Assembly (NCBI GenBank): GCA_965652295.1
Contig: CBFGTS010000002.1
Coordinates: forward strand, 128,001-192,000
Length of the DNA stretch: 64,000 nucleotides
Direction of reading: 5' to 3'
Origin: an uncultured Haloferula sp.
GTDB lineage: Bacteria > Verrucomicrobiota > Verrucomicrobiia > Verrucomicrobiales > Akkermansiaceae
Below the pieces are notes generated by a model that ran no database searches, had not been told where the DNA came from, and worked only from the letters and a program-made list of their open reading frames with translations. The translations under genes were made by a program, and so were the position numbers. Of this stretch, positions 46,177 to 55,793 are shown one piece after another (within the stretch, counting starts at the first letter, position 1; the number at the start of each line of letters is the position of its first letter).

Positions 46177-46485
46177 GTGGACAAAATACCACCCTTTCAG
46201 CTCCGGAATCCGACTCACCTGACCAAACAAATCGGGCAGCGGATTCGGACGCACCGCAAGGCTCGCGGCTGGACCCAGGCGGAGCTGGCCGAGCGCTCCG
46301 GCGTCTCGCTTTCCACCCTCAAGCTCCTGGAGCGCGAAGGCAAAGGCTCGATCCAACGGCTGGCCAAGGTCGCCGTGATCCTCAATCTCGACGGCGAGCT
46401 GCGCGAGCTCTTCGCCACCACCCCGGCCTATGCCAGCCTCGATGAGGTGGAAGCCACCCACCGCCGGACCAGCAGGAAACCATGA
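46177..46485 (+). CDS. hipB: HipB-like XRE-family HTH antitoxin
   Basis: RKARGWTQAELAERSGVSLSTLKLLEREG; ATGA overlap with the toxin gene. Confidence 0.85.
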   Translation: MDKIPPFQLRNPTHLTKQIGQRIRTHRKARGWTQAELAERSGVSLSTLKLLEREGKGSIQRLAKVAVILNLDGELRELFATTPAYASLDEVEATHRRTSRKP

Positions 46486-47711
46486 AACTCGATGTCCGTT
46501 TCCTGGGTCTTTCGGACGCTCCTCGGATCGGAGGTTTGGCCGATGACGCCCGGGGCCGGATCTTCTTTCAATACGATCCCGCCTGGCTGGCGCTCGGGAT
46601 CGAGCTATCTCCCCTTCACCTCCCGCGATCCCTGACGGGCCCGGTGACCACGCCGACGCCGGAGTTCAGCCCGCTGTTCGGCGTGTTCGATGATTCCATG
46701 CCCGATTGGTGGGGCCAGCGGATCATGCGTCACCACTTCGCGAGCATGAACGTGCCGTGGAATGAAGTCCGCCCGCTGGAGAAACTCGCTTGTCAGGGAG
46801 CGTTCAGTCTCGGAGCGCTGGCCTACGAGCCGGATCTTTCTCCGGGATCATTCCGCGAAACGCTGGCAACCGAGGTGACCGAACTGGTGACCGCCGCGCG
46901 TCAGCTTCTGGAAGGAGACCCTCATGAACTGCTGCCCGCCCTCGTCCGCGGCGGACTTTCGCCCGGCGGTGCCCAGCCGAAGGCACTGGTCGCCTTCGAT
47001 GCCGATTTCACCCACGCCATGGCCGGAGGCGGCAGCGCGCCGGATGGCTTCACCTCGTGGCTGGTGAAATTCCAGCTCGACCCGGACGACCCCGTCGGCC
47101 GCGAAGAGCAAGCGGTGACCCTGATGGCGGCGGCCGCAGGCATCCGGACCCCGGAAACCCGCCTGTTCTGCACGCCCGACGGGTTGGCCCACTTCGTCAC
47201 AAAACGCTTCGATCGCCAGCCCGGCGAGCTGCCGCGGCATCTCCACACCTTCGCCGGCCTCACTCACACGCCGGTGCGCGATACGATCGATTACGACGAC
47301 TTTCTCAGCCTCACCCGCGATTTGACGCTTCATGAAGTCGAAGTGGAGCAAGCCTTCCTACGGGCCGCGTTCAACATCGCCATCGCCAACGACGACGACC
47401 ATTCCCGCAATCACGCCTTCCTGCTCGATCTTGAGCAGGGCTGGAAACTCTCCCCGGCCTACGACCTCACTCGCACCTCCTATCCACTCGGTTCGGGCTT
47501 CCGCGCCGGGGGAATCGGCGGGCGCTTTTCCGGGCTCAACGCCTCCGATCTCCGCCAACTCGCCAGGAACCAGGCCATTCGTCATCCCGATGAGAAAATC
47601 GGCCGGGTCGTGGATGCCGTCCGCCGGTGGCCGGAGTTCGCCGCCGCCGCCGGATTACGGGAAAGCCACGCCGTGATGCTCGCGACGGAAATGCCCGCCC
47701 AGCGTTGGTGA
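46482..47711 (+). CDS. hipA: HipA-family Ser/Thr kinase toxin
   Basis: HipA_N region (FQYDP.W...LSP, F.DSMPD.WG); SPGGAQPKA loop, WLVKF, KRFDR, NDDDHSRN and LSPAYDL. Confidence 0.92.
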   Translation: MKLDVRFLGLSDAPRIGGLADDARGRIFFQYDPAWLALGIELSPLHLPRSLTGPVTTPTPEFSPLFGVFDDSMPDWWGQRIMRHHFASMNVPWNEVRPLEKLACQGAFSLGALAYEPDLSPGSFRETLATEVTELVTAARQLLEGDPHELLPALVRGGLSPGGAQPKALVAFDADFTHAMAGGGSAPDGFTSWLVKFQLDPDDPVGREEQAVTLMAAAAGIRTPETRLFCTPDGLAHFVTKRFDRQPGELPRHLHTFAGLTHTPVRDTIDYDDFLSLTRDLTLHEVEVEQAFLRAAFNIAIANDDDHSRNHAFLLDLEQGWKLSPAYDLTRTSYPLGSGFRAGGIGGRFSGLNASDLRQLARNQAIRHPDEKIGRVVDAVRRWPEFAAAAGLRESHAVMLATEMPAQRW

Positions 47712-47720
47712 CCCCCTCAT

Positions 47721-47748
47721 TTGACACATCCCCGCCGCCCCCTAACTT
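47721..47748 (+). promoter_or_regulatory. Putative promoter of the KamA-family gene
   Basis: TTGACA-16 nt-TAACTT. Confidence 0.5.
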
Positions 47749-47759
47749 CCCCGCAGCAC

Positions 47760-48947
47760 ATGTCCGCCTCCCCTTTCTCCGACTTCGTTTCCCACGCCCC
47801 CGGTCACTGGCCGGACGATGCCTCTGCCGAGTGGGACGACTACAAGTGGCAGCTCAAGAACCGCGTCAACACGCTCGCGGATCTGGAGGCCCGCATGCAG
47901 CTGACCGATACCGAACGCGCCGGCGTGCTGCTCGCCGGGTCGAAGCTCGCGATGTCGATCACGCCCCACTTCTTCAACCTCATTGATCCCGACGATCCAG
48001 ACTGCCCGATCCGCCGCCAAGTCATCCCGCGGCTGGAGGAAGGCTGGACCGCCCCCGAGGAAATGGCCGACCCCTGCGGCGAGGATTCGCACATGCCCGT
48101 CCCCGGGCTCGTCCACCGCTATCCGGACCGCGTGCTGTTTCTCGTCACCGACCGCTGCGCCTCCTACTGCCGCTACTGCACCCGCTCCCGGGTCGTCTCC
48201 GGCGTGGGCGAGCAGCACCTCGAGACCCAGTGGGAGGCCGCCTTCCAGTATCTCGAAAGAACTCCGCAAATCCGGGATGTTCTTCTCTCCGGCGGCGATC
48301 CCTTGCTTTTTTCCGACGCGAAATTGGAGAAAATCCTCACCCGCCTGCGCGCCATCCCGCACATCGAGTTCGTCCGCATCGGCTCGCGCATTCCCATCTT
48401 CCTGCCGCAACGGATCACGCCCGAGCTGTGCGCCATGCTGCGCAAGTTCCACCCGCTCTTCATTTCGATCCACAGCAACCACCCGAAAGAACTCACCACC
48501 GAGGTCCGCGACGCGCTCGGTCGGCTCGCCGACGCGGGCATCCCGATGGGAAACCAGAGTGTCCTTCTCAACGGCGTGAACGATTCCGTGGAGGTCCAGC
48601 GCACCCTGGTGCACAAGCTCCTGCGCTGCCGTGTCCGGCCCTACTACCTTTATCAGTGTGATCTCATCAACGGCTCCTCGCACCTCCGCACCAGCGTGTC
48701 GAAGGGCCTGGAGATTATCGAAGGCCTGCGGGGACATACCACCGGCTACGCCATTCCGCAGTTCGTGATCGATGGTCCCGGCGGCGGCGGCAAGATCCCG
48801 CTCAACCCCGATTACGTCCTCGACCGCAATGACGGTCGCACCCTGCTCCGCAACTACGAAGGCGAGACCTTCGAATACCCCGAACCCACCCCGGCCCCGG
48901 CCGAGGCCCTAGGCCTGCTCAAGGAACGCGCCACCTGCTGCCCATGA
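47760..48947 (+). CDS. KamA-family radical SAM enzyme (lysine 2,3-aminomutase-like)
   Basis: W.WQLKN, VHRYPDRVL, CASYCRYCTR (CxxxCxxC), LSGGDPL, NQSVLL and PGGGGKIPL (PLP Lys). Confidence 0.93.
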   Translation: MSASPFSDFVSHAPGHWPDDASAEWDDYKWQLKNRVNTLADLEARMQLTDTERAGVLLAGSKLAMSITPHFFNLIDPDDPDCPIRRQVIPRLEEGWTAPEEMADPCGEDSHMPVPGLVHRYPDRVLFLVTDRCASYCRYCTRSRVVSGVGEQHLETQWEAAFQYLERTPQIRDVLLSGGDPLLFSDAKLEKILTRLRAIPHIEFVRIGSRIPIFLPQRITPELCAMLRKFHPLFISIHSNHPKELTTEVRDALGRLADAGIPMGNQSVLLNGVNDSVEVQRTLVHKLLRCRVRPYYLYQCDLINGSSHLRTSVSKGLEIIEGLRGHTTGYAIPQFVIDGPGGGGKIPLNPDYVLDRNDGRTLLRNYEGETFEYPEPTPAPAEALGLLKERATCCP

Positions 48948-49642
48948 AAATCCCGCTCTTTTTGACCGCCCTCCTGTCGGTCTTCTCGCCTGCCGCCGAA
49001 CTCGTGCTCGCCACCTTCGAGGAAAAGTCCACCCGAACCCTCGGCTATGATTATCTCATCGCCCGGCCGGACGGCGACGCTCCGGAAAAAGGCTGGCCGC
49101 TCGTTGTCTTCCTCCATGGAGCCGGAGAGCGGGGAAGTAATCTTGAGAATCTCAAGCGCCACGGCCCGCCCAAGCTGATCACCGCGGGTGAGGACATCCC
49201 CGCCATCGTCATCGCCCCCCAGTGCCCGCAGAACCGCGTCTGGGATCCCCACATCGTGAAAGCCCTGGCCGACAAGGTCGCCGCCGAAGAGCGGACCGAT
49301 CCAGGCCGCACCTATCTCACCGGCCTCAGCATGGGAGGTTTCGGCACCTGGGAGACTGCGTCGGAATACCCTGACACCTGGGCCGCGATCGCACCGATCT
49401 GCGGCGGCGCCGGCATCCGGATCCTGACGCTCGAAAGGCTCGCCAAGATGCCCTGCTGGATCTTCCACGGCGCGGACGATCCGGTGGTGCCGGTGAAGTT
49501 CAGCGAAGACGCCCACGCCGCCCTCACCCGCCTCGGCGCGCCGGTGAAAATTAGCGTCTACCCAGGGGTTGGTCATGACTCGTGGACCCGCACCTACGAG
49601 GACGAGGGTTTCTGGAAATGGTTGCTCGCCCAGCACCGTTGA
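48944..49642 (+). CDS. Secreted phospholipase/carboxylesterase-family alpha/beta hydrolase
   Basis: Signal peptide; FLHGAGERG, GLSMGG, FHGADDPVV and GHDSW. Confidence 0.9.
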   Translation: MKIPLFLTALLSVFSPAAELVLATFEEKSTRTLGYDYLIARPDGDAPEKGWPLVVFLHGAGERGSNLENLKRHGPPKLITAGEDIPAIVIAPQCPQNRVWDPHIVKALADKVAAEERTDPGRTYLTGLSMGGFGTWETASEYPDTWAAIAPICGGAGIRILTLERLAKMPCWIFHGADDPVVPVKFSEDAHAALTRLGAPVKISVYPGVGHDSWTRTYEDEGFWKWLLAQHR

Positions 49643-49662
49643 ATCACGCAGAACCCCAACAC

Positions 49663-50169
49663 ATGCATTGGAACGACTATTTCCTCGATCTCTTCTCCCG
49701 CTGCGTCACCCGCTACCGCCGCGGCGACAAACATTTCGAAAGCTACTACGAAGATGAAGATCTCGAATTCCTGAGGTCGATCGGCTGCCGCAAGCGCGAA
49801 TTCTTCGATTTCGTCGAGGACTTTTGCGATGAGGACACTCCCTCCCCTACCACCGCCCTGCTGGTCGCCGCAGTGCGCCGCGACTACTTCCAGACCGTGA
49901 TGGATGGCCAGATGTCCCAGCCCACCGTCAATGCGGACAACATCCCCACCTTCGGCGACGAGTTTGACGGCATCTACTACCTCCCTAGGATTCTCGCCAA
50001 AGCCCGCGCCAAGCTCCGCGGTGAACTCGATCCCGATCTGATGTACGGCTGCGGTGGCGACCGGAAATTTCTCCGCGAAAACGGCGACGTCCACCCCGCC
50101 GATTTTCTTCGCCAGGTCTGGGCCGCAGGTGATGATGATTCCCGGGTCGTTGCTTGGCTGCGCTCCTGA
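49663..50169 (+). CDS. DUF5069-like hypothetical protein
   Basis: GIYYLPRILAKARAKLRGEL...YGCGGDRKFL motif; family name recalled, not searched. Confidence 0.65.
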   Translation: MHWNDYFLDLFSRCVTRYRRGDKHFESYYEDEDLEFLRSIGCRKREFFDFVEDFCDEDTPSPTTALLVAAVRRDYFQTVMDGQMSQPTVNADNIPTFGDEFDGIYYLPRILAKARAKLRGELDPDLMYGCGGDRKFLRENGDVHPADFLRQVWAAGDDDSRVVAWLRS

Positions 50170-50303
50170 TTTCGCGCAAAACCTCGCCCTCTACACGATC
50201 CGCCAGACAAGGCCAATGCCACTGCGCCGCTGCAAGGGAACCATCCCGCATTCCCACTGGCGCTAACAGAAACCGGTGCCATGCTGCGCCTTAACAATCG
50301 ATC

Positions 50304-51287
50304 ATGACCACGGAAGAACTTCAGGAACAGATCGCCGCGAGCAGCGGCTGGGTCCACGACGTCAAAAGCGAGATGGGCAAGGTGCTCGTCGGCCAGGAAG
50401 AACTCGTCGACCGCCTCATCGTCGGCCTCATCTGCAACGGCCACATTCTTCTCGAAGGCGTGCCCGGCCTCGCCAAAACCCTCGCCGTCAAGGCCTTGTC
50501 CGGCTCGCTCCACGCCAGCTTCGCGCGCTTCCAGTTCACGCCCGACCTGTTGCCGGCCGACCTCATCGGCACCATGGTCTACAACCCCCAGTCGGTCTCC
50601 TTTTCCGCCAAGCTGGGCCCGATCTTCAACAACCTGATCCTCGCGGACGAAATCAACCGCGCCCCCGCCAAAGTGCAGTCCGCTCTGCTGGAAGCGATGC
50701 AGGAACGCCAGGTCACGCTAGGCGACACCACCCACCGCCTTCCCGAGCCCTTCCTCGTGCTTGCCACGCAGAACCCGATCGATCAGGAAGGCACCTACCA
50801 GCTTCCCGAGGCACAGCTCGACCGCTTCCTGCTGAAAGTCAGCGTCGGCTACCCCTCGAAAGACGAGGAGCTGACCGTGCTCGATCGCATGGCCACCTCG
50901 GCTCCGGTTTACCAGACCCAGACCGTCGCCACTCCCGAGCAGGTCGCCTACTCGCGGAAAATGGTCAACGAGGTCTACATCGATCCCGCCGTGCGCGAGT
51001 ACATCGTCGACCTGATCCGCGCGACCCGCCAACCCGCCAAGATCGATCCCGGCCTCAAGCATCTCATCCGCGCCGGTGCCTCGCCGCGGGGCACCATCAA
51101 CCTCGCGCTCACCGCCCGCGCCCGCGCCTTCAGCGCCGGACGCGCCTTCGTCACGCCCCAGGATGTGAAGGACATGGCCCACGACGTCCTCCGCCACCGG
51201 ATCCTCCTCAGCTATGAAGCCGAGGCCGAGGAAATCACCACCGACCACATCCTCGACCGCATCCTCAGCAAGGTCCCGGTGCCCTGA
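50304..51287 (+). CDS. moxR: MoxR-family AAA+ ATPase
   Basis: GHILLEGVPGLAKT, QFTPDLLPAD, ADEINRAPAKVQSALLEAMQE, TQNP..EGTY.LPEAQLDRF and GASPR. Confidence 0.97.
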   Translation: MTTEELQEQIAASSGWVHDVKSEMGKVLVGQEELVDRLIVGLICNGHILLEGVPGLAKTLAVKALSGSLHASFARFQFTPDLLPADLIGTMVYNPQSVSFSAKLGPIFNNLILADEINRAPAKVQSALLEAMQERQVTLGDTTHRLPEPFLVLATQNPIDQEGTYQLPEAQLDRFLLKVSVGYPSKDEELTVLDRMATSAPVYQTQTVATPEQVAYSRKMVNEVYIDPAVREYIVDLIRATRQPAKIDPGLKHLIRAGASPRGTINLALTARARAFSAGRAFVTPQDVKDMAHDVLRHRILLSYEAEAEEITTDHILDRILSKVPVP

Positions 51288-51343
51288 CTGGAGCGCCGGT
51301 CTTGCTCCCCCGACTCGTCGGCGCCCGACCGACATCGAGACCC

Positions 51344-52243
51344 ATGATTCACCCTACGGAAAAGGAAATCGAGGAAGTCCTTGAGCGCGTGCGCAAGCTG
51401 GAGCTCAAGGCCCGGCGGCTCGTGCGCGAGTCGTTCGCCGGCGAATACCAATCGTCCTTCCGCGGCCAAGGGCTCGATTTCGACGACTTCCGCGAGTACC
51501 AGCACGGCGACGAGATCCGCTTCATCGATTGGAACGTCACCGCCCGGATGAACCAGCCCTTCATCCGCAAGTTCCGCGAGGAGCGGGAGCTTTCGGTGAT
51601 CCTCGCCGTCGATGTCTCCGGCTCGGCCGACTACGGCAGCGTGCATTTCAGCAAACGCGAGGCCGCCGCCGAAGCCGCCGCCATCCTCGGCTTCAGCGCC
51701 CTGGGCAATGGCGACAAGGTCGGCTGCCTGGTCTTCGCCGACAAACCCCTGGTCTTCGTCCCGCCCGCCAAAGGCAACCGCCACCTGCTGCGGATGGTCC
51801 GCGAAATCCTCATCGCCCGCCCCGAAAACCCAGGCACCTCGGTCACCGCCGCCTGCGACTTTCTCATCCGCACCCTGCGCCGCCGCGCGGTGGTGTTCCT
51901 GATGTCCGACTTCTTTTCCGACGGTCTCGACAAGCCGCTCGGCAAGCTTGCCCGCAAACACGAAACGCTCGCCCTCCAAATTCTCGACCCCATTGAGGAA
52001 AAGCTCCCGCGCGCCGGCAAAGTCGTGCTGCTCGATTCCGAAACCGGGGGCGAAGTCCGGGTGAACACCCACAACGCCAACCTCCGCATGGGTTACGAAA
52101 AACTCATGCGCCGCCACCGCGAGGGCATCGCCCGTCTCTGCCGCAGGCACGGCATCGACCAGGCCGTGCTCACCACCGATCGCGACCGCCTCCGCGACCT
52201 CCACCACCTTTTGAAAAAGCGCGCCCGCAAACGCACGCGCTGA
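51344..52243 (+). CDS. DUF58 domain protein (MoxR-associated vWA-like)
   Basis: G.GLDF..FREYQ.GD..R.IDWNVTAR, EEREL and VDVSGS. Confidence 0.94.
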   Translation: MIHPTEKEIEEVLERVRKLELKARRLVRESFAGEYQSSFRGQGLDFDDFREYQHGDEIRFIDWNVTARMNQPFIRKFREERELSVILAVDVSGSADYGSVHFSKREAAAEAAAILGFSALGNGDKVGCLVFADKPLVFVPPAKGNRHLLRMVREILIARPENPGTSVTAACDFLIRTLRRRAVVFLMSDFFSDGLDKPLGKLARKHETLALQILDPIEEKLPRAGKVVLLDSETGGEVRVNTHNANLRMGYEKLMRRHREGIARLCRRHGIDQAVLTTDRDRLRDLHHLLKKRARKRTR

Positions 52244-52248
52244 TCCCG

Positions 52249-52749
52249 ATGGAAAACGACGACCTCCAGCTCCGCGACCTCGCGCCGGTGGACCCGTTCC
52301 TGCCGGACTGGGTGCTGCCGTGGTGGATCTGGCTGGCTGTCGCCTTGATCGCCGCAGGGCTCATCCTGCTTGCCATTGCGATCGCTCGCCGGCCGAAAAA
52401 AGAGATCGCCGGCGAATCCGTAGCCAACCTCGCCTACCGCCGCGCTCTCGCACGGCTGGAAGCTCTCTCCGCAGACTTCCATGACGCCGTGATCGACGCT
52501 TCGTCCGCCCTCCGCGCCTATCTGTCCGAAGCCGCGGGCGATCCCTCGCTTTACGAAACCCAGGAGGAATTCAACTCCCGCGACGAAGCCCTGCGCGAGC
52601 TACCCGAAGATCTGCGTCCGAAGGTCGCCTCCTACCTCACCCAGCTCTCCGCCCTGAAATACGACAAACCCCGTAACGGGTCCGCGGCCGAGATCGCCGC
52701 GTCCGCGAGGGCGATGCTCGAGGAAATTCACCGCGCCCGCCCGGCATGA
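52249..52749 (+). CDS. Single-TM Bat-operon accessory protein (DUF4381-like)
   Basis: LRDL...PWW TM followed by a helical domain; position between DUF58 and batA. Confidence 0.7.
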   Translation: MENDDLQLRDLAPVDPFLPDWVLPWWIWLAVALIAAGLILLAIAIARRPKKEIAGESVANLAYRRALARLEALSADFHDAVIDASSALRAYLSEAAGDPSLYETQEEFNSRDEALRELPEDLRPKVASYLTQLSALKYDKPRNGSAAEIAASARAMLEEIHRARPA

Positions 52750-53744
52750 ACGAACTCCTCACCCATTTCCGCCTCGCCCAGCCGCAATGGTTGCTGCTTT
52801 TCCTGCCTTGCATCCTGCTGCTGCTCCTGCGCCGCGGCCGCGGGTCGGAAGCGGCGGTCCGCTTCTCTTACCTCGGCGCGCTCATCAGCCTGGGTGCCAA
52901 GGTCCGCAAGACCGCCCTTTCGATCGGTCTGCCGTGGTTCTTCGTTGCGTTGGTTCCCGCCATCGTGGCCATGGCCCGACCGGTCTGGCGGAACACGCTC
53001 CAGTCGAAGTCCGCCAGCGGCATCGACATCGTCGTCGCCCTCGATGTCTCGCTTTCGATGTCCATCGACGACTTCTACTTCCAAGGCATGCCCTACCAAC
53101 GGTTGGAGGCGGCCAAAGACGTCGTCCGCGATTTCATCAAAGGGCGGCCCGACGATCGCATCGGCCTCGTGATCTATTCCGGCCAACCCTACATCTCCGG
53201 GCCGATCACCCTCGACCACGAGTGGCTTCTGAACAAGCTCTCCGAAGTCCGCCTCGAAATCCTCGAAGAGCAGGGCACCGCCATCGGCTCCGCCATCGCT
53301 GCTTCCGCTTCCAAGCTCAACGCCCGCGACGCCAAATCGAAAATCATCGTCCTGATCACCGACGGGGCTTCGAACTCCGGCAAGCTCTCGCCGCTCGAAG
53401 CCGCCGATCATGCCAAGACACTCGGCATCAAGATCTACACCGTCGCGATCGGCACCAAGGACGGCCGGGTGTCAGGCCAGATCCAACGGTTTCCCCGGCA
53501 GGAGTTCGATCTGCCTACGCTCAAGGAAATCGCTGCCCGAACCGGCGGCGAGCACTATTGGGCGCAGAACCTCGCCGAGCTGGCCGACACGTTCCAGACC
53601 ATCGACCGCCTTGAAAAATCCGAGGCGAAATCGCACACCATCGTCGAAGATACCGAGCTCTACGCCTGGTTCGCCGGGGCGGCCTGCGCGCTGACCCTCG
53701 GCGGCCTTCTCGCCATGGCCTTCCGACCTCCACCCACTCCCTGA
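52746..53744 (+). CDS. batA: BatA-type vWA protein
   Basis: N-terminal double TM; MIDAS DVSLSM, DRIGLV, PITLD, GTAIG, LITDG and IYTVAIG. Confidence 0.9.
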   Translation: MNELLTHFRLAQPQWLLLFLPCILLLLLRRGRGSEAAVRFSYLGALISLGAKVRKTALSIGLPWFFVALVPAIVAMARPVWRNTLQSKSASGIDIVVALDVSLSMSIDDFYFQGMPYQRLEAAKDVVRDFIKGRPDDRIGLVIYSGQPYISGPITLDHEWLLNKLSEVRLEILEEQGTAIGSAIAASASKLNARDAKSKIIVLITDGASNSGKLSPLEAADHAKTLGIKIYTVAIGTKDGRVSGQIQRFPRQEFDLPTLKEIAARTGGEHYWAQNLAELADTFQTIDRLEKSEAKSHTIVEDTELYAWFAGAACALTLGGLLAMAFRPPPTP

Positions 53745-55786
53745 TGCATTTCGCGCAACCCTACTGGCTGCTTCTGATCCTGCTGGTGCCCGCCCTGGTC
53801 ACGCTGGCAGTGGTCGTCGCGCGCCTCCGTGGAAAGCAGTGGGCTCCCTTTCTTGCCTCACGTCTCCGCCAACGCCTGCTGCTGCGCGGGAATCCGATTC
53901 CGCGCTGGCTCGCCTTCTCGCTCGCACTCGCCGCACTCGTCTGCCTCGTCATCGCGCTCGCCCGGCCACAGAGCGAAGCCGGCACCCGCACCGAGTCGGT
54001 CCTCGGCCGGAACATCCTCATCGCGCTCGATCTTTCGCGCAGCATGAAGACGCCCGACCTCAAGCCGGATCGGCTGACCCAGGCGAAGGCGATGTGCTAC
54101 GAACTCCTTGAGGCACTGCCGAACGACCGCATCGGCCTCGTCGGCTTTGCGGGCACGCCCTATCTTTTCGCCCCGCTCACCGTCGATCACGCCGCCGTCC
54201 GGGAAACCGTCAGCGAGCTGGAGATCGACTGGATCCCCACCGGCGGCTCGAACCTCGCCGGAGGCTTGGAACTGGCCATCGAAACCCTCAAGAAGACCGG
54301 AACCCGTCAGAACGCGTTGATCCTCATGACTGATGGGGAGGAGCACATCGGCCGGATCGCCGACCTCGCCGCCGATGCCAAAGCGGCCGGCATCCAAGTC
54401 ATCACGATCGGCTTCGGCACGACCCCCGGCGATTTCGTGCCGGATAGCTCGAGTGCCGACGGCTATTTCCGCAACCGCCAGGGCGAGCGGATCATCAGCA
54501 AACTCGAAACCGGACCGCTCAAGCGCGTCGCCACCGTGACCGGCGGCCGTTTCGCCATCGCCACCTCCGGCTCCGATATCCCGAACATGGTCCAGGCCGC
54601 GGTGAGCGATCTCGATCAAGTCGAGCTGGAAGGACGGCGCACCACGGTCGTGGCCGATTATTTCCAGTGGGCCCTGCTGCCCGCGATCCTCGCGCTGATG
54701 GCCGCCGTCTTCGCGGGCACCCGCTGGCGCGGACTCGCCAAGACCAGCGTTCTCCCCGCCGCCTGCTGGCTTTTCTTCTCTCCCCAGCAGGTCGAAGCGC
54801 TCACCTTCTCCGAGGCTCGCGATGCTCTCGAGGCCGGCCGTTTCAGCGAAGCGGCGCAGGCCTTTGCCGGGCTCGCCGATGAAGATCCGGATACCGAAGC
54901 GGCGTATTCCTACCGTCTCGCGCAAGGCACCGCCGCCTATCGTGCCGGGGACTGGGCAACCGCCCGCCACGGCTTCAGCGAAGCTCTCCGCTCGCGCGAC
55001 GTCGCCATCCGCTCCGCCGCCCACCACGGCCTCGCCAACACCCTGTTCGAGATCGGCTGGGCACGGCTTTCCGAAGGGCCGCGTTACCCCGACCTCCCGG
55101 AAGAGCCCGAGGAAGAAGCCAAACCGCCGACCGGCTTCGAGCGCCTCTCCGATGCGATCATCGATCCACCGGCCGATGACGATGTGGGCGAAATGATCGG
55201 CTTTGAAAAAATGGTCAAACAGCGGCTCGCCGAGTGGATGGCCGAACCAACCGAGCCCGAAGTGGAATCCAATGGCTCCCGCAAATTCAACGAACTCTTG
55301 AGCGACTGGATCGATGCCGTGAAACACTACGGGGCTTCGGACTTGGAGGACGCCGCGCACAACCGTGAACTCACATTGACCTATCTGCGGAAGCTCCAGG
55401 AAATCCTCAAACAGGTGGAGGAGAACGCCCAGCAGATCCAGGCCCTGCCGATGCCCGGCCAAGGTGAGCCCCAGGAAGGTGAGGGCCAGGGCGAGGGAAG
55501 TGAAGGTGAGGGGAAAGGCGGAAAGGGCCAGGGAAACGGAAAGGGAAACCGGGATCGCGAAGACGACGGCGGTGGGGGCGAGGAAAAGCAGGACGAGCAA
55601 GGTCCCGGCGAGGAAGAGCGTGAGGAATCGACTGGCGAAAAGGACGACAAGGGCGACACTGAGCCTCGTCCGGGCGAGACCCCGGAAGAAGCCGCCGAGC
55701 GCCTGCTGCGTGAAAACGCCGATCTCCAGAAGGGTGCCCTCTCTCCCGGGCGCCGGCATTTCTCCCGACCGGAAAAAGACTGGTAA
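53744..55786 (+). CDS. batB: BatB/BatC-type vWA + TPR protein with acidic tail
   Basis: DLSRSM, DRIGLVGFAG, PLTVDH and MTDGEE; TPR helices; E/G-rich tail ending KDW. Confidence 0.85.
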   Translation: MHFAQPYWLLLILLVPALVTLAVVVARLRGKQWAPFLASRLRQRLLLRGNPIPRWLAFSLALAALVCLVIALARPQSEAGTRTESVLGRNILIALDLSRSMKTPDLKPDRLTQAKAMCYELLEALPNDRIGLVGFAGTPYLFAPLTVDHAAVRETVSELEIDWIPTGGSNLAGGLELAIETLKKTGTRQNALILMTDGEEHIGRIADLAADAKAAGIQVITIGFGTTPGDFVPDSSSADGYFRNRQGERIISKLETGPLKRVATVTGGRFAIATSGSDIPNMVQAAVSDLDQVELEGRRTTVVADYFQWALLPAILALMAAVFAGTRWRGLAKTSVLPAACWLFFSPQQVEALTFSEARDALEAGRFSEAAQAFAGLADEDPDTEAAYSYRLAQGTAAYRAGDWATARHGFSEALRSRDVAIRSAAHHGLANTLFEIGWARLSEGPRYPDLPEEPEEEAKPPTGFERLSDAIIDPPADDDVGEMIGFEKMVKQRLAEWMAEPTEPEVESNGSRKFNELLSDWIDAVKHYGASDLEDAAHNRELTLTYLRKLQEILKQVEENAQQIQALPMPGQGEPQEGEGQGEGSEGEGKGGKGQGNGKGNRDREDDGGGGEEKQDEQGPGEEEREESTGEKDDKGDTEPRPGETPEEAAERLLRENADLQKGALSPGRRHFSRPEKDW

Positions 55787-55793
55787 AAGACCT

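Noticed and set aside
44917..47726. CCTCATT(T)GAC at both ends of the hypothetical-hipBA block as a target-site duplication
   Set aside because: Short and imperfect, and both copies are explained by TTGAC -35 boxes of promoters.
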